From: Eledone cirrhosa | Taxonomy: Eukaryota | NCBI GenBank assembly: GCA_964016885.1 | Contig: OZ024740.1 | Span: 159,898,001 to 159,962,000 of the forward strand | Length of the DNA: 64,000 nt | Reading direction: 5' to 3' | In this document: piece after piece, positions 51,901-63,777 of the stretch | How positions within the stretch are numbered: position 1 is the first letter of the stretch | Layout of the letters: every line of letters begins with the position of its first letter | Notes under the pieces: model-generated | Told to the model about the DNA's origin: nothing | Seen by the model: only the letters and a program-made list of their open reading frames with translations | Databases searched by the model: none | Position numbers and translations under genes: made by a program

Positions 51901-52485
51901 CCAACGTATTTTTGTGAAACACTTTTCCAGCTCCGTTTTGCATTCCATAGGGTTAATCTTTTTGTAGATAGCAAATTTTTGTGGTAACTTTAGGATTTGT
52001 TGTTCTTGTTCACTGATTAAAGTGTTCCCATAGATATTTACTGTGTGGTCATTGGTGAATTCTTCCGGTAGTTTTACATCACTCATACGGATGTTGTCGA
52101 TGTTATCTGGGTATTTTTGAGAATATTCGATTTTCCTTTCTTGTAGTTTTTTCTTATTCATCCATTCTAATTTCTTCTTGAAATGCCTACAGCATTCGTT
52201 TTGAGCATATTTCGTTTCGCGTCGGATGACGCTCATGAAGTCATCTCTCTCGTTTGCTGTGATGAGATTTCGGATTTCCTTACCGTTGATGCGTTTTTGT
52301 CTGTAGAGTGCGTTGACTTTTGTGTATGTTCTTCTTTTCATATTAACTGTTATTGTGTGTTTTAGCCGTTCAGCTTGTGTTTTGTTCAACGAAAGATTTA
52401 TGTAAATTATGTAAACTATATATATATGTGTTTGTCTATATTGTTTCTGTATTATTTTTGACCGCCGGTCAGTCAATGGCAACAT
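48997..52485 (-). CDS. PLE polyprotein: Asn-rich linker + reverse transcriptase + Cys-rich linker + GIY-YIG endonuclease (1162 aa)
   Basis: TDKSG, LYGLRKDHK, TRPV, SMDVVSLYPSI, GAAIG, RYVDD, VLD; CxxxxCxxC linker; VVYSIRC...YIGETARSIGERIDQH...EH...H...REA...PKLN. Confidence 0.95.
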   Translation of the reverse strand: MLPLTDRRSKIIQKQYRQTHIYIVYIIYINLSLNKTQAERLKHTITVNMKRRTYTKVNALYRQKRINGKEIRNLITANERDDFMSVIRRETKYAQNECCRHFKKKLEWMNKKKLQERKIEYSQKYPDNIDNIRMSDVKLPEEFTNDHTVNIYGNTLISEQEQQILKLPQKFAIYKKINPMECKTELEKCFTKIRWNAKVNNNNNNNGSSNINNNSGYRNNSHNHNNGRKVRNSDNGNNTSDRQNNNNHNNNNNRNVNHRRSNSDHSSNNGNNTNNNNNNNHSCNNGNSTCSNINKNKKHNNSNNHNGRNSSNNNNNNGEVNNNTSSNHNNNNINANDRNNNNHHDNNNSNTHNYDDRNNDNPLEKLFFNPADKTYKMGNIYPTRLPFNKRVCIPQQIDDETEAQFTIARNKIRQVVDRYTMRQSRPEAQQLGIKPVEGLVSLKQRTRDGEVVCLPTDKSGKMSIDSMPNYIEAMQPHITNTSEVAQLTHDGREKILNAHMMMWTDILKPSRRTANNFQASNNGIPPLYGLRKDHKTVDDPTTGPPTRPVCGANIASNYRISYFLSMVIRPIIKMSPDVCESTEDLLSRISECNKNRSLSNCIIGSMDVVSLYPSINIDFAVKRCVEMIIESEVEFCDVDTDELGLLLRLTYDTDYLDSHDLRCFCPSRPIRGRPPTITSMAKKTPIGRWIGWTKAIRTPQNTDQVRKMVAHAIGASIKTTLKGHIFKFNEKIYTQNEGAAIGVSIAGDVANLFMVWWERRLKDLLNESSIDLIMYSRYVDDINIVIRTPPLESTNKFDLERSTMESIQQIANSIHQSITVTIDFPSKHPNNRLPVLDTELWINTIDERAQILHSHYAKPMASKYLILKNSAMSSSAKFNILIADLVRVMKNVSSMCDPTEMEGHIQHFINRMQFSGYNQRDRVRVYEGAMEKYKTLIELDMKGTCPLYRSKSWNSLDRARHKIGKATSWYDNQRYQSVMFVDATPGGKLANQCRKALRKTHLKIKVVEKPGTTIKSLISKTYPFKKTHCTNRKCIICKVNPRINCKTRNVVYSIRCTEGTCRNTTTTYIGETARSIGERIDQHWGELKGRKNGSVLYEHARQQHDGNIDNIEIRIISKHRNDPADRQIREASEIEIRRPKLNRKNEWNNNNTQTNNTDLREV

Positions 52486-52769
52486 TGAGGACCGAGTAAG
52501 TTAGATCGCAGATATATATATATAAAAGACAGCGAGAAGCGAAAACCAACCAAACAGTGAGTGTGTTCTGTTATTAATTCTGGCAATATTACGCAAATAT
52601 GACCCTCCCCAAATATAACAATATCTGTTTCGACACACGATTTCATATAAAAAACCTCGCAAAACTATATATATGTGTATATTTATATATATATATGTGT
52701 GCGTGTATATTTATATATATATATATGTGTATATTTATATATATATATATATGTGTATATATATATATA

Positions 52770-52810
<41 letters not shown>

Positions 52811-52837
52811 ATATATATATGGGTATATATATATATA

Positions 52838-52888
<51 letters not shown>

Positions 52889-52893
<5 letters not shown>

Positions 52894-53441
52894 GAGAGAC
52901 GTAAAATAAGAAAATTATAAAATTAACTTACTTACTAAAATATCACTTCCAACTAATTAGTTTCTGGAATGGAATAAATATATTTTCCGAAGAAGATACG
53001 GAGAAGCATTCCGTCGTCAGGGAAGTCTATTCTCATCTAAGTATCCAGGCAAAGCGTGGACACTGGAAACTTATTAAAAAAATAATTCAGTGGATAGAAA
53101 ATAGCAAAGCGTGGACTGAATTCCTAGCCATTGAGAAAATCACTGCCTCTGCGTCGGTGGCAAATTCAAAAAGAATCAATCACGTGACATCGAGGTCAAT
53201 CAGTGGAAAGTGGTTTGCTAATAAGACAGCGGCCTGCCTGCTACCATAGCAGCAGTCATGGCCAATATTGCTCGACAAATAATTTGGAGATAATTATAAA
53301 GAATTAATATCTAGTAACATATATATACATACAGATGCATATCAATGCTAGCAAATATGTAGGTTTTGTCTTAGTAACTTTGTGGTTCAATGCATGGGGT
53401 TGCAGAACAATAATATGAGAGACGTAAAATAAGAAAATTAT
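52889..53441. repeat. About 550-bp element with 31-bp terminal direct repeat
   Basis: AATATGAGAGACGTAAAATAAGAAAATTATA at both ends; second copy at 38584; (TA)n flanks. Confidence 0.8.
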
Positions 53442-53549
53442 ATATATATATAGATATAGATATATGTAGATATATATATAAATGTGTATATGTATATATA
53501 TAAATGTGTATATATATATATATATAAATGTGTATCTATATATATATAA

Positions 53550-53589
<40 letters not shown>

Positions 53590-53645
53590 GTGTATATATA
53601 TATATCACAGTTGAAAATTGCAAACTTGACTGTCACCACAGAATG

Positions 53646-53679
53646 TGAACCTGAAGATTGCGAAGAAAGTACTTGTTCA
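53646..53679 (+). ncRNA. Ultra-minimal (34-nt) type-I hammerhead motif
   Basis: TGAAC-CTGAAGA-TTGCGAA-GAAA-GTAC-TT-GTTCA in a ~225-bp island (53605-53830) between (TA)n tracts; AATAAA about 70 bp downstream. Confidence 0.75.
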
Positions 53680-53945
53680 ATTAACACTTAACATTTAAAA
53701 TTCTGCCATACTATTTCATTCTAATACCATTATAAATTTTAAAGGATTGTAAATAAAACGAGTAAATCAGACAAAGTTGGAATTCCTTTTATTAATATAA
53801 TCTTCTATACACAATCATACATTCCCGTGTATATTTATCTATCTATATATATATATGTGTGTATATATATATATGTATATATATGTGTATGTATATATAG
53901 TGTGTGTATATATATATATGTGTATGTATATGTATATATGTATAT

Positions 53946-54421
53946 TTCCGATCTTACACACTTACAATTCTCCAAGACAATGTCATGGACCAAGATCTTT
54001 GGCGCTACGCAGTAATACAGAAGACCCTCCTTGTCTTAGTACAAAGCAAAACCTACAGTCAGTAGGCACCTCCTAACCAAAAATACCCCCCCCATCGCAC
54101 TACCCCCACCCCCATCTAGACCACCTCTTTCTCTGTAAAATTATGTTGGTGCCACAACATCCAGTCCTAAATAAATGAGGTCGTGTAGGTGTCACGACAA
54201 AAAAAACACAATCCACGGTGTAATGAAACCGTGTAGGTAACACGGTAAAAACCTCCCAGTCCATACTGTAATTGTGGTTGGTGTTAGGAAGGGCATCCAG
54301 CCATAGAAAAGCCACCAAACACTCCTATACGAGTAAGGCAACCAATCTTGCCTCACGTGGGACAATTCCCATCTAAACCCATGCTAGCGTGGAAGATAGA
54401 TGTTAGACGATGATAATGATG
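53946..54421 (+). mobile_element. RTE 3' fragment (ORF end + UTR)
   Basis: Homologous to 58960-59433. Confidence 0.85.
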
Positions 54422-54743
54422 TATATATGTATGTATATGTATGTATGTATATATATATATAAGTATATATATGTATATATGCATATATATAAGTATGTAT
54501 ATGTATATATATATAAGTATATATATGTATATATGTATATATATATATATGTATATGTATGTATATGTATATGTATGTATGTATATATATATATATATGT
54601 ATGTATATATATGTATATGTATATATATGTATATGTATATATATATATATGTATATATATATCATCATCATCATCATTTTACGTCCGCTTTTCGCTGCTT
54701 TCAAGTGTTGGATGGGACCTATTCAGCACAGCATCTCTCCACT

Positions 54744-54803
<60 letters not shown>

Positions 54804-54810
54804 ATATATA

Positions 54811-55094
54811 TAATTGGTGTTGGATGCTTAAAGTGTCCATATGTGGTAGGCCGTATGGGCACTCGATGCTCTCACAGAAAAAAAGAGAATCAGTGTTGCG
54901 ATGAACGCTATTTATTGGACATATTACAGGAAAATCTGCTTCGTAGAATCAAGACGTATCTGAGGACCTTGCGAATTTTAGTGTCAGGTTCGATCATCAC
55001 ATCGATCGTGCCTCGAGCTTGTCGCCAGAGAAACAATTGTAATGCGCCCAATAAATTCCATTTGTTGCAACACTGATTCTCTTTTTTTCTGTGA
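54811..55094. mobile_element. Palindromic mini-element (family 4) with long-stem-II hammerhead
   Basis: Arms 54872-54928 and 55038-55094 (outer 28 bp perfect), 60-bp tail on the left, (TA)n flanks, hammerhead motif 54955-55046 (+). Confidence 0.75.
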
Positions 55095-55330
55095 TATGTA
55101 TATATATATGTATATATATATGTATATGTGTGTATATGTATATATATATCTATATATATGTATATATATATATGTATATATATGTATATATATGTATATA
55201 TATATATGTATATATATGTATATATATGTATATATATGTATATATATATAAATATATATATGTATATATATGTATATATATGTATGTATATATATGTATA
55301 TATATATTCATATATATGTATATATATATG

Positions 55331-55363
<33 letters not shown>

Positions 55364-55639
55364 GTATATATATGTATATATCACTTTCGCCAAATTCATC
55401 GCTGCTCCTTCACGGTATATCATGTAACGTAATGTACACATTTTTCTATCATCTCCACACTCCCATTTCGTATCCAGTCCAAACCTCCAATCTTGCCAAA
55501 TCCTAAATGTAGCGGTCGTATTCCTGAAACAAATCTGTATTTTTTGTTATTACTTGTTAAATACGAGAGTGTTTGTCGTATTGAACAGAACAAATCTTGT
55601 ATTTTTGTTAATCGCTTGTTAAATACGAGGACCTCATTC

Positions 55640-58600
55640 AATCCTTACCTCTAGCTAGCTACCCAACACCCCTCCCTTCCGTCCCCACGCACCACCATTG
55701 TTATTACGTGGACCAATCATAAGCCAGAGCCCCCACGCACCACCATTATTATTACGTGGACCAATCATAAGCCAGAGACCTATACCATCGCTTGCCTGGT
55801 TGCCTTTCGATATATGATGGATGGATGGACTACGGAATCCTGGAGAGTGGAAGAGAGAGAAAAATCTGGACGCTCAGCGACAATGCCAAAGATAAAGACA
55901 AATTCACCTCGTGGACGAGAATGCGCGCACTCCTCTTTGTTTCGACCGCGGACGGCTAACATAACCCCATCTCCCCCCGCTCCCCACCGCCCCCACCCTC
56001 CAAACGCAATCCAAAACTTCAGAGTTGGTACCATAAATGTAGGCACCTTAAGGGGTCGCGCTAACGAGGTTGTAGAAATGCTTGAACGTAAGGATGTCGA
56101 TGTTTGTTGTACTCAAGAGTCCAGGTGGAGGGGTGGGTCTGCTAGATTCATTGAGGGTAAAAAACGATGTTATAAGCTTTTCTGGGTGGGAAACGACGAT
56201 GGGCTGGGTGGAGTAGGAATCATAGTAGCAGAAAAGTGGGCAGATAAGATAATAGACGTAAATAGAGTGAACGACAGAATAATTAAAATAAGACTTATCC
56301 TCAATAGAACTACGGTGACAGTAATATCTGCGTACGCACCCCAATCCGTACTGCCCGGCACTATAAAAGACAGATTCTATGAGACACTGATGCTCACCAC
56401 CTCCCAAATAACCGACAGTGACTATATAATTATTGCAGGCGACCTAAATGGTCACGTTGGACAACATTGTCACGGCTACGACGAAATCCATGGAGGCTAT
56501 TGGTTTGGTACTAGAAATGAGGAAGGCTCCAGAATCCTGGAATTCTGTGACGCAAATAACCTAACAATCTGTAACACTAACTTCAAAAAACGTGACAATC
56601 ACCTGATCACCTATAGATCCGGGGAACACACAAGCCAGGTAGATTATATCCTTACCAGAAGACGTGACAGAGTGTCTGTTGTAAACACTAAATCCCTCCC
56701 CCATGAAGAATGCACCTCCCAACATAGACTGATAATTAGCGACCTCATAGTCAGGACGAGACGTACTCGACAGCAGAAGAGGACTATCCTCAGGAGAAAA
56801 ATATGGAAGCTAAAGGACCCCACAGCCAGAAATAAATTTCAAAGCATATTACTTGATGCTTTCGACAGTAAGGAAGAGCATTTAGAGTCGGACAATATAG
56901 AGGGACAGTGGGAATTTCTGAAAGCAAACCTGCTGATGGCGGCAGACAAGTCTGGGGCTGGAGCAGGCCTGTAGGCAGGAGGAGAGTAACATGGTGGTGG
57001 AACAGAAAGGTGGAGGGGTCAATTAAGGCCAAAAAGCAGGCTTGGAAAGTATGGCGGGATGGGGGAAGTAGAGAAGACTATCAAGTGGCCAGGAGGGAAG
57101 CTAGGAGTCAAGTGTACTTCGCCAAAAGGGAAGCAGAGGAAAGAAAGTTCAAGCATGTTCTACAACGCGAGGACCAAAAACGTGAGGTGTTCAGGATTGC
57201 TAGGTTATGTGTCAAGGAAAACCGTGATATTGTCGGGGAGAAGTGTGTACTTAATGATGACGGCGTACTTGCCATCACCAACGCTGATAAGAAGGTAGCT
57301 TGGAAGTGTCACTATGAAAGGCTACTAAATGAGGAGAATAAATGGGAGAAAGACAGTCTCCCCCACATCGACCCAATAGAGGGACCAGCAGTGTTAGTCG
57401 AGGGTAGTATAATAAGTAAGGCAATCAAGGATATGAAGACAGGTAAGGCGGCTGGGCCTTCGGAAATAGTTGCTGAGATGCTGAAGGCATCTGGCACGGT
57501 GGGACACACCATGGTTACCCGGATAGTTAACCAAGTCGTACAGAATGGGGTTGTTCCGAAGGACTGGCATAGCAGCATCATCGTTAACTGTTATAAGGGT
57601 AAAGGTGATGCCCTAGATAGGAGTAACTATAGAGGCATTAAATTAATCGACCAGGTCATGAAGGTCACGGAAAAAGAAATAGCGCAACTAATCAGAGAGA
57701 GAATTGACCTAGATGAAATGCAGTTCGGGTTTGTGTCAGGCAAAAGTACCACAGACGCTCTTTTCATTGTACGACAACTACAGGAGAAGTACCTAGCTAA
57801 AGGTAAACCGCTCTACTTAGCTTTTGTCGACATGGAGAAAGCCTTCGACAGAGTCCCCCGTTCCATTATCTGGTGGGCCCCTAGAAAATTAGGTGTCGAC
57901 GAATGGCTTGTGAGAGCTATACAAGCCATGTATAAAGAAACAGTCAGCAAGGTTAGAATTAACAACGAATATAGTGAAGAGATTAGCGTAAAGGTTGGCG
58001 TCCATCAGGGCTCTGTTCTCAGCCCCCTACTATTTATTATTGCCCTTCAGGCTATAACAGAGGAGTTCAAGACCGGCTGCCCATGGGAACTCCTATACGC
58101 AGACGACCTAACACTCATAGCTGAATCAATGGCCGAGCTAGAGAAGAAATTCCAAACATGGAAGCATTGCCTAGAATCAAACGGCTTTAAAATTAACCTG
58201 GCTAAGACTAAAGTTCTAGTTTGTAGGAAAGAAAATAAGGCGGCGGTCCCTTCCGGGAAATGGCCATGCTCAGTGTGTAGGAAAGGCGTAGGTAGAAACT
58301 CTATTTTATGTCCCAAATGCAAAGTATGGGTGCATAAAAGATGTAGTGGGATCACAGGTAAGCTAACTAAGAACATAGATTTTAACATGTGGCCGGTGCT
58401 CTGGTGCAATAAGTAGCAGCAAGTGCCCATAAAATACTAGCTCTTTCAACTGCGCAGAGGGCTCTATAGAAATAGTGGACAGCTTCCGTTACCTGGGTGA
58501 CAAAATCAGCAGTGGGGGAGGGTGCTCTGAAAGTTCAATAGCTAGAGTCAGAACTGGGTGGAAAAAGTTCAGAGAGCTTATACCACTATTAGCCGCTAAA

Positions 58601-59433
58601 GGGTTCTCCCTAAAAATGAAAGGCAGGTTGTACGATGCCTGCATACGAACAGCAATGTTGCATGGCAGTGAGACCTGGGCATTGTGTGCAGAGGATATAC
58701 GCAGACTAGAGAGGAACGAAGCTTGCATGCTTCGCTGGATGTGTAATAGTAATATACGTGAACGGCAAAGCATAAACGAAGTAAGGGAAAAATTAGAAAT
58801 AAGAGGGATCAGATGTTGTTTACTCGAGAGAAGGCTACGTTGGTATGGACACGTGATGCGCATGAAAGTCGATAGCTGTATAACAAAGTGCAGGGCAATA
58901 AAGATAGACGGTAGCCACGGAATAGGCAGACCTAGAAAAACCTGGGACGAGCTGATAATCTCCGACCTCAGACACTTACACCTCTCCAAGACAATGTCAC
59001 TGGACCGAGACCTTTGGCGGTACTCAGTAATAGAGAAGACCCGCCTTACCTAAATACATAGTAAAACCTACTACAGTCAGTAGGCATCTCTAACAAAATA
59101 GACCCCCGTCCCACCACCCCCACCCCATCCACACCACCCTCTTCTATGTAAAGTTATGTTGGTGCCACACCATCCAGGCCGAAACAAATGAGATCGTGTA
59201 GGTGTAACGACAAAAAAACACACAGTCTACGCTGTAATGTGGCCGTGTAGGCAACACGGTAAAAACCTCCCAGACCAACACTGTAAATGTGGTTGGTGTT
59301 AGGAAGGGCATCCAACTGTAGAAAACCTGCCAGACAGTCCTATGCGAGCAAGACAATCACTCTTGCCTCAAGTGGGAAAACCCCCGTCCAAACCCATGCA
59401 AGCGTGGAACACGGACGTTAAACGTTGATGATG
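55640..59433 (+). mobile_element. Full-length RTE LINE (second family) with two frameshifts
   Basis: ORFs 55814-56974 (APE), 56908-58416 (RT + PHD) and 58475-59053 (thumb) are colinear with the 14284 protein; 48-bp tandem duplication with CCAAT in the 5'UTR; (GAT)n tail. The 5' end is approximate. Confidence 0.94.
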
Positions 59434-59820
59434 ATATATATATGTATATATATATATATACAAGCAAATTATAAACGTAAACATGTAAGTATGATTTTGA
59501 AACGGTGAGCGAGTTTGAAATTAGAAATTATAAGCTTTCACCGTATTTTAGACTAAAGAAATGTTTAGCCTGATAGTGGGGTTTATAACCCTCGGAGAAA
59601 TGAAAAAAAGATGAGTGTTGCCGTACATGGGAGTTGAATATATATATGTATATATATGTATATATATATATATGTATATATGTGTATATGTATTTATATG
59701 TATATATGTGTATATATATTTCTGTATATATATTTTTATATATATATATATGTATATATATGTATGTATATATGTATATATACGTATATATATATATGTA
59801 TATATATGTATGTATAAGGA

Positions 59821-60385
59821 AATAACTAGTGAAGAAAAATCAATATTTTTATAACGCAAAAGTTTACAACATTTATTAAATCATCTCTTAATATTTTGTA
59901 GCGTAACCTTTGTTGCTAATTACAGTCTGTGGGCGTTTGGAGTAGCCTCCTACAAACTTCCTGCATGTTTCTTGGCTAATAAACAAACAAATTTTCACAA
60001 CAAATTTTCTTTAGTTCAGGGATATTTTGGGGTTTCCTTTTTTGAATTCTGAATTTCAGTTCTCTCCACAAATTTTAAATCGGGTTAAGATCTGGAGACT
60101 GACTTGGCCATTTTAGAACATTTATTCCATTCGTACTTAACCAAGATTGTGTTAGCTTTGCAGTATGCTTTGGATCATTATCTTGTTGTCCTGGCTTTAA
60201 GCTGAGAGAATGTGCACTTTGATGTAAATTCCTTTGCAAAATACCTCTGTAATAAGCGCCACCCATTCTTCCTTTTATTATTTCAATATTTCCTACATCT
60301 GTGGCACTAAAGCAACTCCAGACCATGATTGATCCGCCTCCAAATTTTACAGTTGGAATAGTATTCTTCGGCAAATATTCAGTAC
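59821..60385 (-). mobile_element. Tc1-like transposase fragment, truncated at a SINE
   Basis: [35 protein letters not shown]. Confidence 0.9.
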
Positions 60386-60390
60386 CTATA

Positions 60391-60721
60391 TGGAGGCACA
60401 TGGCTTAGTGGTTAGAACATTGGCCTTGCAATGGAAAGGTTGTGAGTTCAATTTTCAGACCGGGCGATGTGTTGTTTCCTTGAGCAAGACACTTTATTTC
60501 ACATAGCTCCAGTTTACTCAGCTGTAGAAATGAGATGATAGGACTGGGGCCCCTATCATTCCACGGTAAAGTGGTCGTGGAGGTGCCACAGAAAAAAAGC
60601 ACCCAGCACTCACTGTAAATGAGGTTAGTATTAGGAAGGGCATCCAGCTGTAGAAATCAAGCCAGAATCAGTTCCCGTCCCATCCTTGCAAGAAGGGAAA
60701 AGCAGATGTAAAATGATGATG

Positions 60722-60723
<2 letters not shown>
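60391..60723 (+). mobile_element. Full-length SINE family A
   Basis: TGGAGGCACATGGCTTAGTGG head, GTTCAATT B box, core and RTE tail. Confidence 0.92.
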
Positions 60724-60758
<35 letters not shown>

Positions 60759-60806
60759 TGTGTATATATGTATTTATATATATATATGTATGGATATATA
60801 TTTATG

Positions 60807-60838
<32 letters not shown>

Positions 60839-61044
60839 TATGTATGGATATATATTTATGAATATGTATATATATGTATGTATATATATTTATGTATACA
60901 TATATGTATGTATATGTATGTATGTGTATGTATGTATGTATATGTATGTATATGTATGTATGTGTATGTATGTATGTATATGTATCTATGTATGTATGTA
61001 TATGTATGTGTATATATATATGTATATATATGTATGTATATATA

Positions 61045-61636
61045 TCTATATATTAATTTCAACAATGTCAGTATTCCATGTGTCATAATTCTCGATTATC
61101 ATTGGTTCATAGGTTTCAAACGACTCCGCCCACCTCAACGATGCCAAACTTAAATTAATATGCATAATGCCAATGAGGGAGTGAGAGGAGTGAGTAAGAA
61201 CACGTATATGTGTCAGTGTAGAGACATGTGTGTGTGTGATGTGTGTGGAAATAAGAGGGGAAAGAAAGCAATAACTATTAACATGTATGCGTGTGTATGT
61301 ACGTGCGCATATGTTTATGTGTGTGTGCGTGTAGCGTTCCACAGATAGTAAAAACTATCAAAATGTGTGAGTATGTGCGTGTGTGTAAGTGCATGCGTGC
61401 ATGTGTAATTTTGCGTGCATTGCTTCTGATTACGGTGGTAATAAAACCTCATCATATGCTATGCACAAACGGTACAACGAAGAATCTGGTATATCTGGAA
61501 GATTTTTTGTACTGTTTTTGGTATCACAGACTCGCGTCATACTGTAACCAGACAAACATCCAATACAGTCATTTTCTCTTATACCTGTCTTCTCTTATCA
61601 TCTGTTTACCCGGGCGAAGCTGGGTACGTTAGCTAG
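61045..61636 (+). mobile_element. Non-autonomous Helitron
   Basis: 5' TC, 3' CTAG, subterminal hairpin TACCCGG-GCGAAG-CTGGGTA, inserted between A and T. Confidence 0.8.
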
Positions 61637-61848
61637 TATATATATATGTATGCATATGTATATATATATATGCATTTATATATATGCATATATATATATA
61701 CATATGCATACATATGTATATATATATATGTATGCATATATGTATGCATACATATGTATATATATATATATGTATGCATATATATATGCATACATATGTA
61801 TATATATCTGTATATATATTCATATATATGTGTGTGGCTCTATGTATA

Positions 61849-61912
<64 letters not shown>

Positions 61913-61995
61913 TATATATGTGTGTGTCTCTATGTATATGTGTCTATATGTCTATATATATATATATATTCCTATATATGTGTGTGTCTCTATGC

Positions 61996-62076
<81 letters not shown>

Positions 62077-62078
<2 letters not shown>

Positions 62079-62942
62079 AGGTGTGTCAGAAAAGTACTAG
62101 GACTGATGTCACAAAAGATTTGTTTCAAACCCATACTTCAGACTAACAGTTTTGTTCTTCAAAGTAATCACCCTGGAGTATGTAACTGTACTCTTAGCTC
62201 TCTGCAGCGATCAAACTTTTTTCTTCATAATTTTTGTCCTCTGTTTCAGGTCGTCAAACAATGAGCACAGAGCAACGAAGAAACTTGAAGTTTCTGGTAC
62301 GGTTGGGAAAAACTCCGTCAGAAGCACTGGGATTGCTGCAGCAAATGTATGGAGATGAGACGATGTCAGGCTCACGTATTTTTGAGTGGTGCAAGAGGTT
62401 TAAAGAAGGACGCGAGGATGTGGAAGTTGACCCCAGGAGCAGAAGGCCCTCAACAACCAGGATCGTCGGCTGACTGTTCGACGGATTGCAAATGAGCTGG
62501 GCATGAATCGGGACAATGTCTGGAAAATTCTCACTGAAGATTTGGACATGCGAAAACTCTGCGCGAAGTTGGTGCCAAAACTGCTGAACAATGACCAGAA
62601 GGGTCGACGCATGCAAATGTGCCAGGACATCCTCGAGCATCTTGAAACCAAACCAGACTTGCTAGGGACAGTCATCACCGGTGATAAGTCATGGATCTTC
62701 GAGTACGAACCGGAGGGGACCTGTTTTGGAGACATGGACAACATCAAAAAGGCTGTGACGACTGAACTGCGGAGGATCCCGGAAGAAATCCTTCCAGGAC
62801 TGCATGCAAACTTTGCAGAAAAGGATGGAAAAGTGCATTAGACTCCAGGGGGATTACTTTGAAGGAGAAAACTCTATGTGAAGTTTGGGTTTGAAATAAA
62901 TCTTTCGTGACATCAGTCCTGGAACTTTTCTGACACACCTCA
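62077..62942 (+). mobile_element. Internally deleted mariner transposon
   Basis: About 57-bp TIRs (GAGGTGTGTCAGAAAAGT...), TA flanks; HTH region EQRRNLKF..FEWCKRFKEGREDVE..RPST, LVPKLL, ITGDKSWIFEYEPE. Confidence 0.92.
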
Positions 62943-62969
<27 letters not shown>

Positions 62970-62978
<9 letters not shown>

Positions 62979-63297
62979 AAACTGAGGATATCTATCTGTC
63001 TGTGAGTTTGAATCTCTAAAACTCGAGAAGTACCCAGCCGATTTTTTTTTAAACGTTACATGTTTATTACTTATGTTTCATAAAATTCCACTTTTTATGG
63101 CTTCGGGCCTGCATTAAGTGAAAACGTGCATTTTTCTTGCTTCGTCGAGGAAAATCTTAGAGATTATCCACCCATGAGTGTATCGGTTTATTTTCTTTAC
63201 ATATTGTCAAGGCATGCAGTTTTTCAAACGATTAGGTCTGTTGGCGGACTGAGTTCCAAAATATCTTATCCCGGGCAACGCCTGGTACCACTGCTAA
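62970..63297 (+). mobile_element. Non-autonomous Helitron (second family)
   Basis: 3' hairpin CCGGGCAACGCCTGG followed by CTAA (CTRR) and T; the 5' end is lost in (TA)n. Confidence 0.65.
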
Positions 63298-63414
63298 TAT
63301 ATATATATATATATATGCATATATATATATGCATATATATATATATACGCATATATATATACATATGTATGTATATATATGTATGCATATGTGTATATAT
63401 ATATATATATATGC

Positions 63415-63509
<95 letters not shown>

Positions 63510-63598
63510 CATATATATATATATATGTATACATATATATATATATATATATATATATGCATATGTGTATAAATACATATATATATATATATATATGC

Positions 63599-63675
<77 letters not shown>

Positions 63676-63737
63676 TATATATATATATATGTGTATACAT
63701 ATATATATATATGTATACATATATATATATATATGTA

Positions 63738-63776
<39 letters not shown>

Positions 63777-63777
63777 G

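Larger units (their letters stand above)
48477..52665 (-). mobile_element. Penelope-like retroelement with inverted pseudo-LTRs and a one-sided tail
   Basis: About 238-bp inverted repeats 48477-48715 and 52387-52623 flank the ORF; tail 52624-52665; (TA)n on both sides. Confidence 0.93.

Noticed and set aside
52970-53035. Minus-strand CTGACGA..GAAA-ATATAT-TT in the 550-bp element
   Set aside because: Stem I cannot form adjacent to the core, and the 38680 copy lacks GAAA.
60391-60465. tRNA gene (also 27560-27635, 32052-32125, 48355-48428)
   Set aside because: tRNA-like heads run directly into SINE core and tail sequence.
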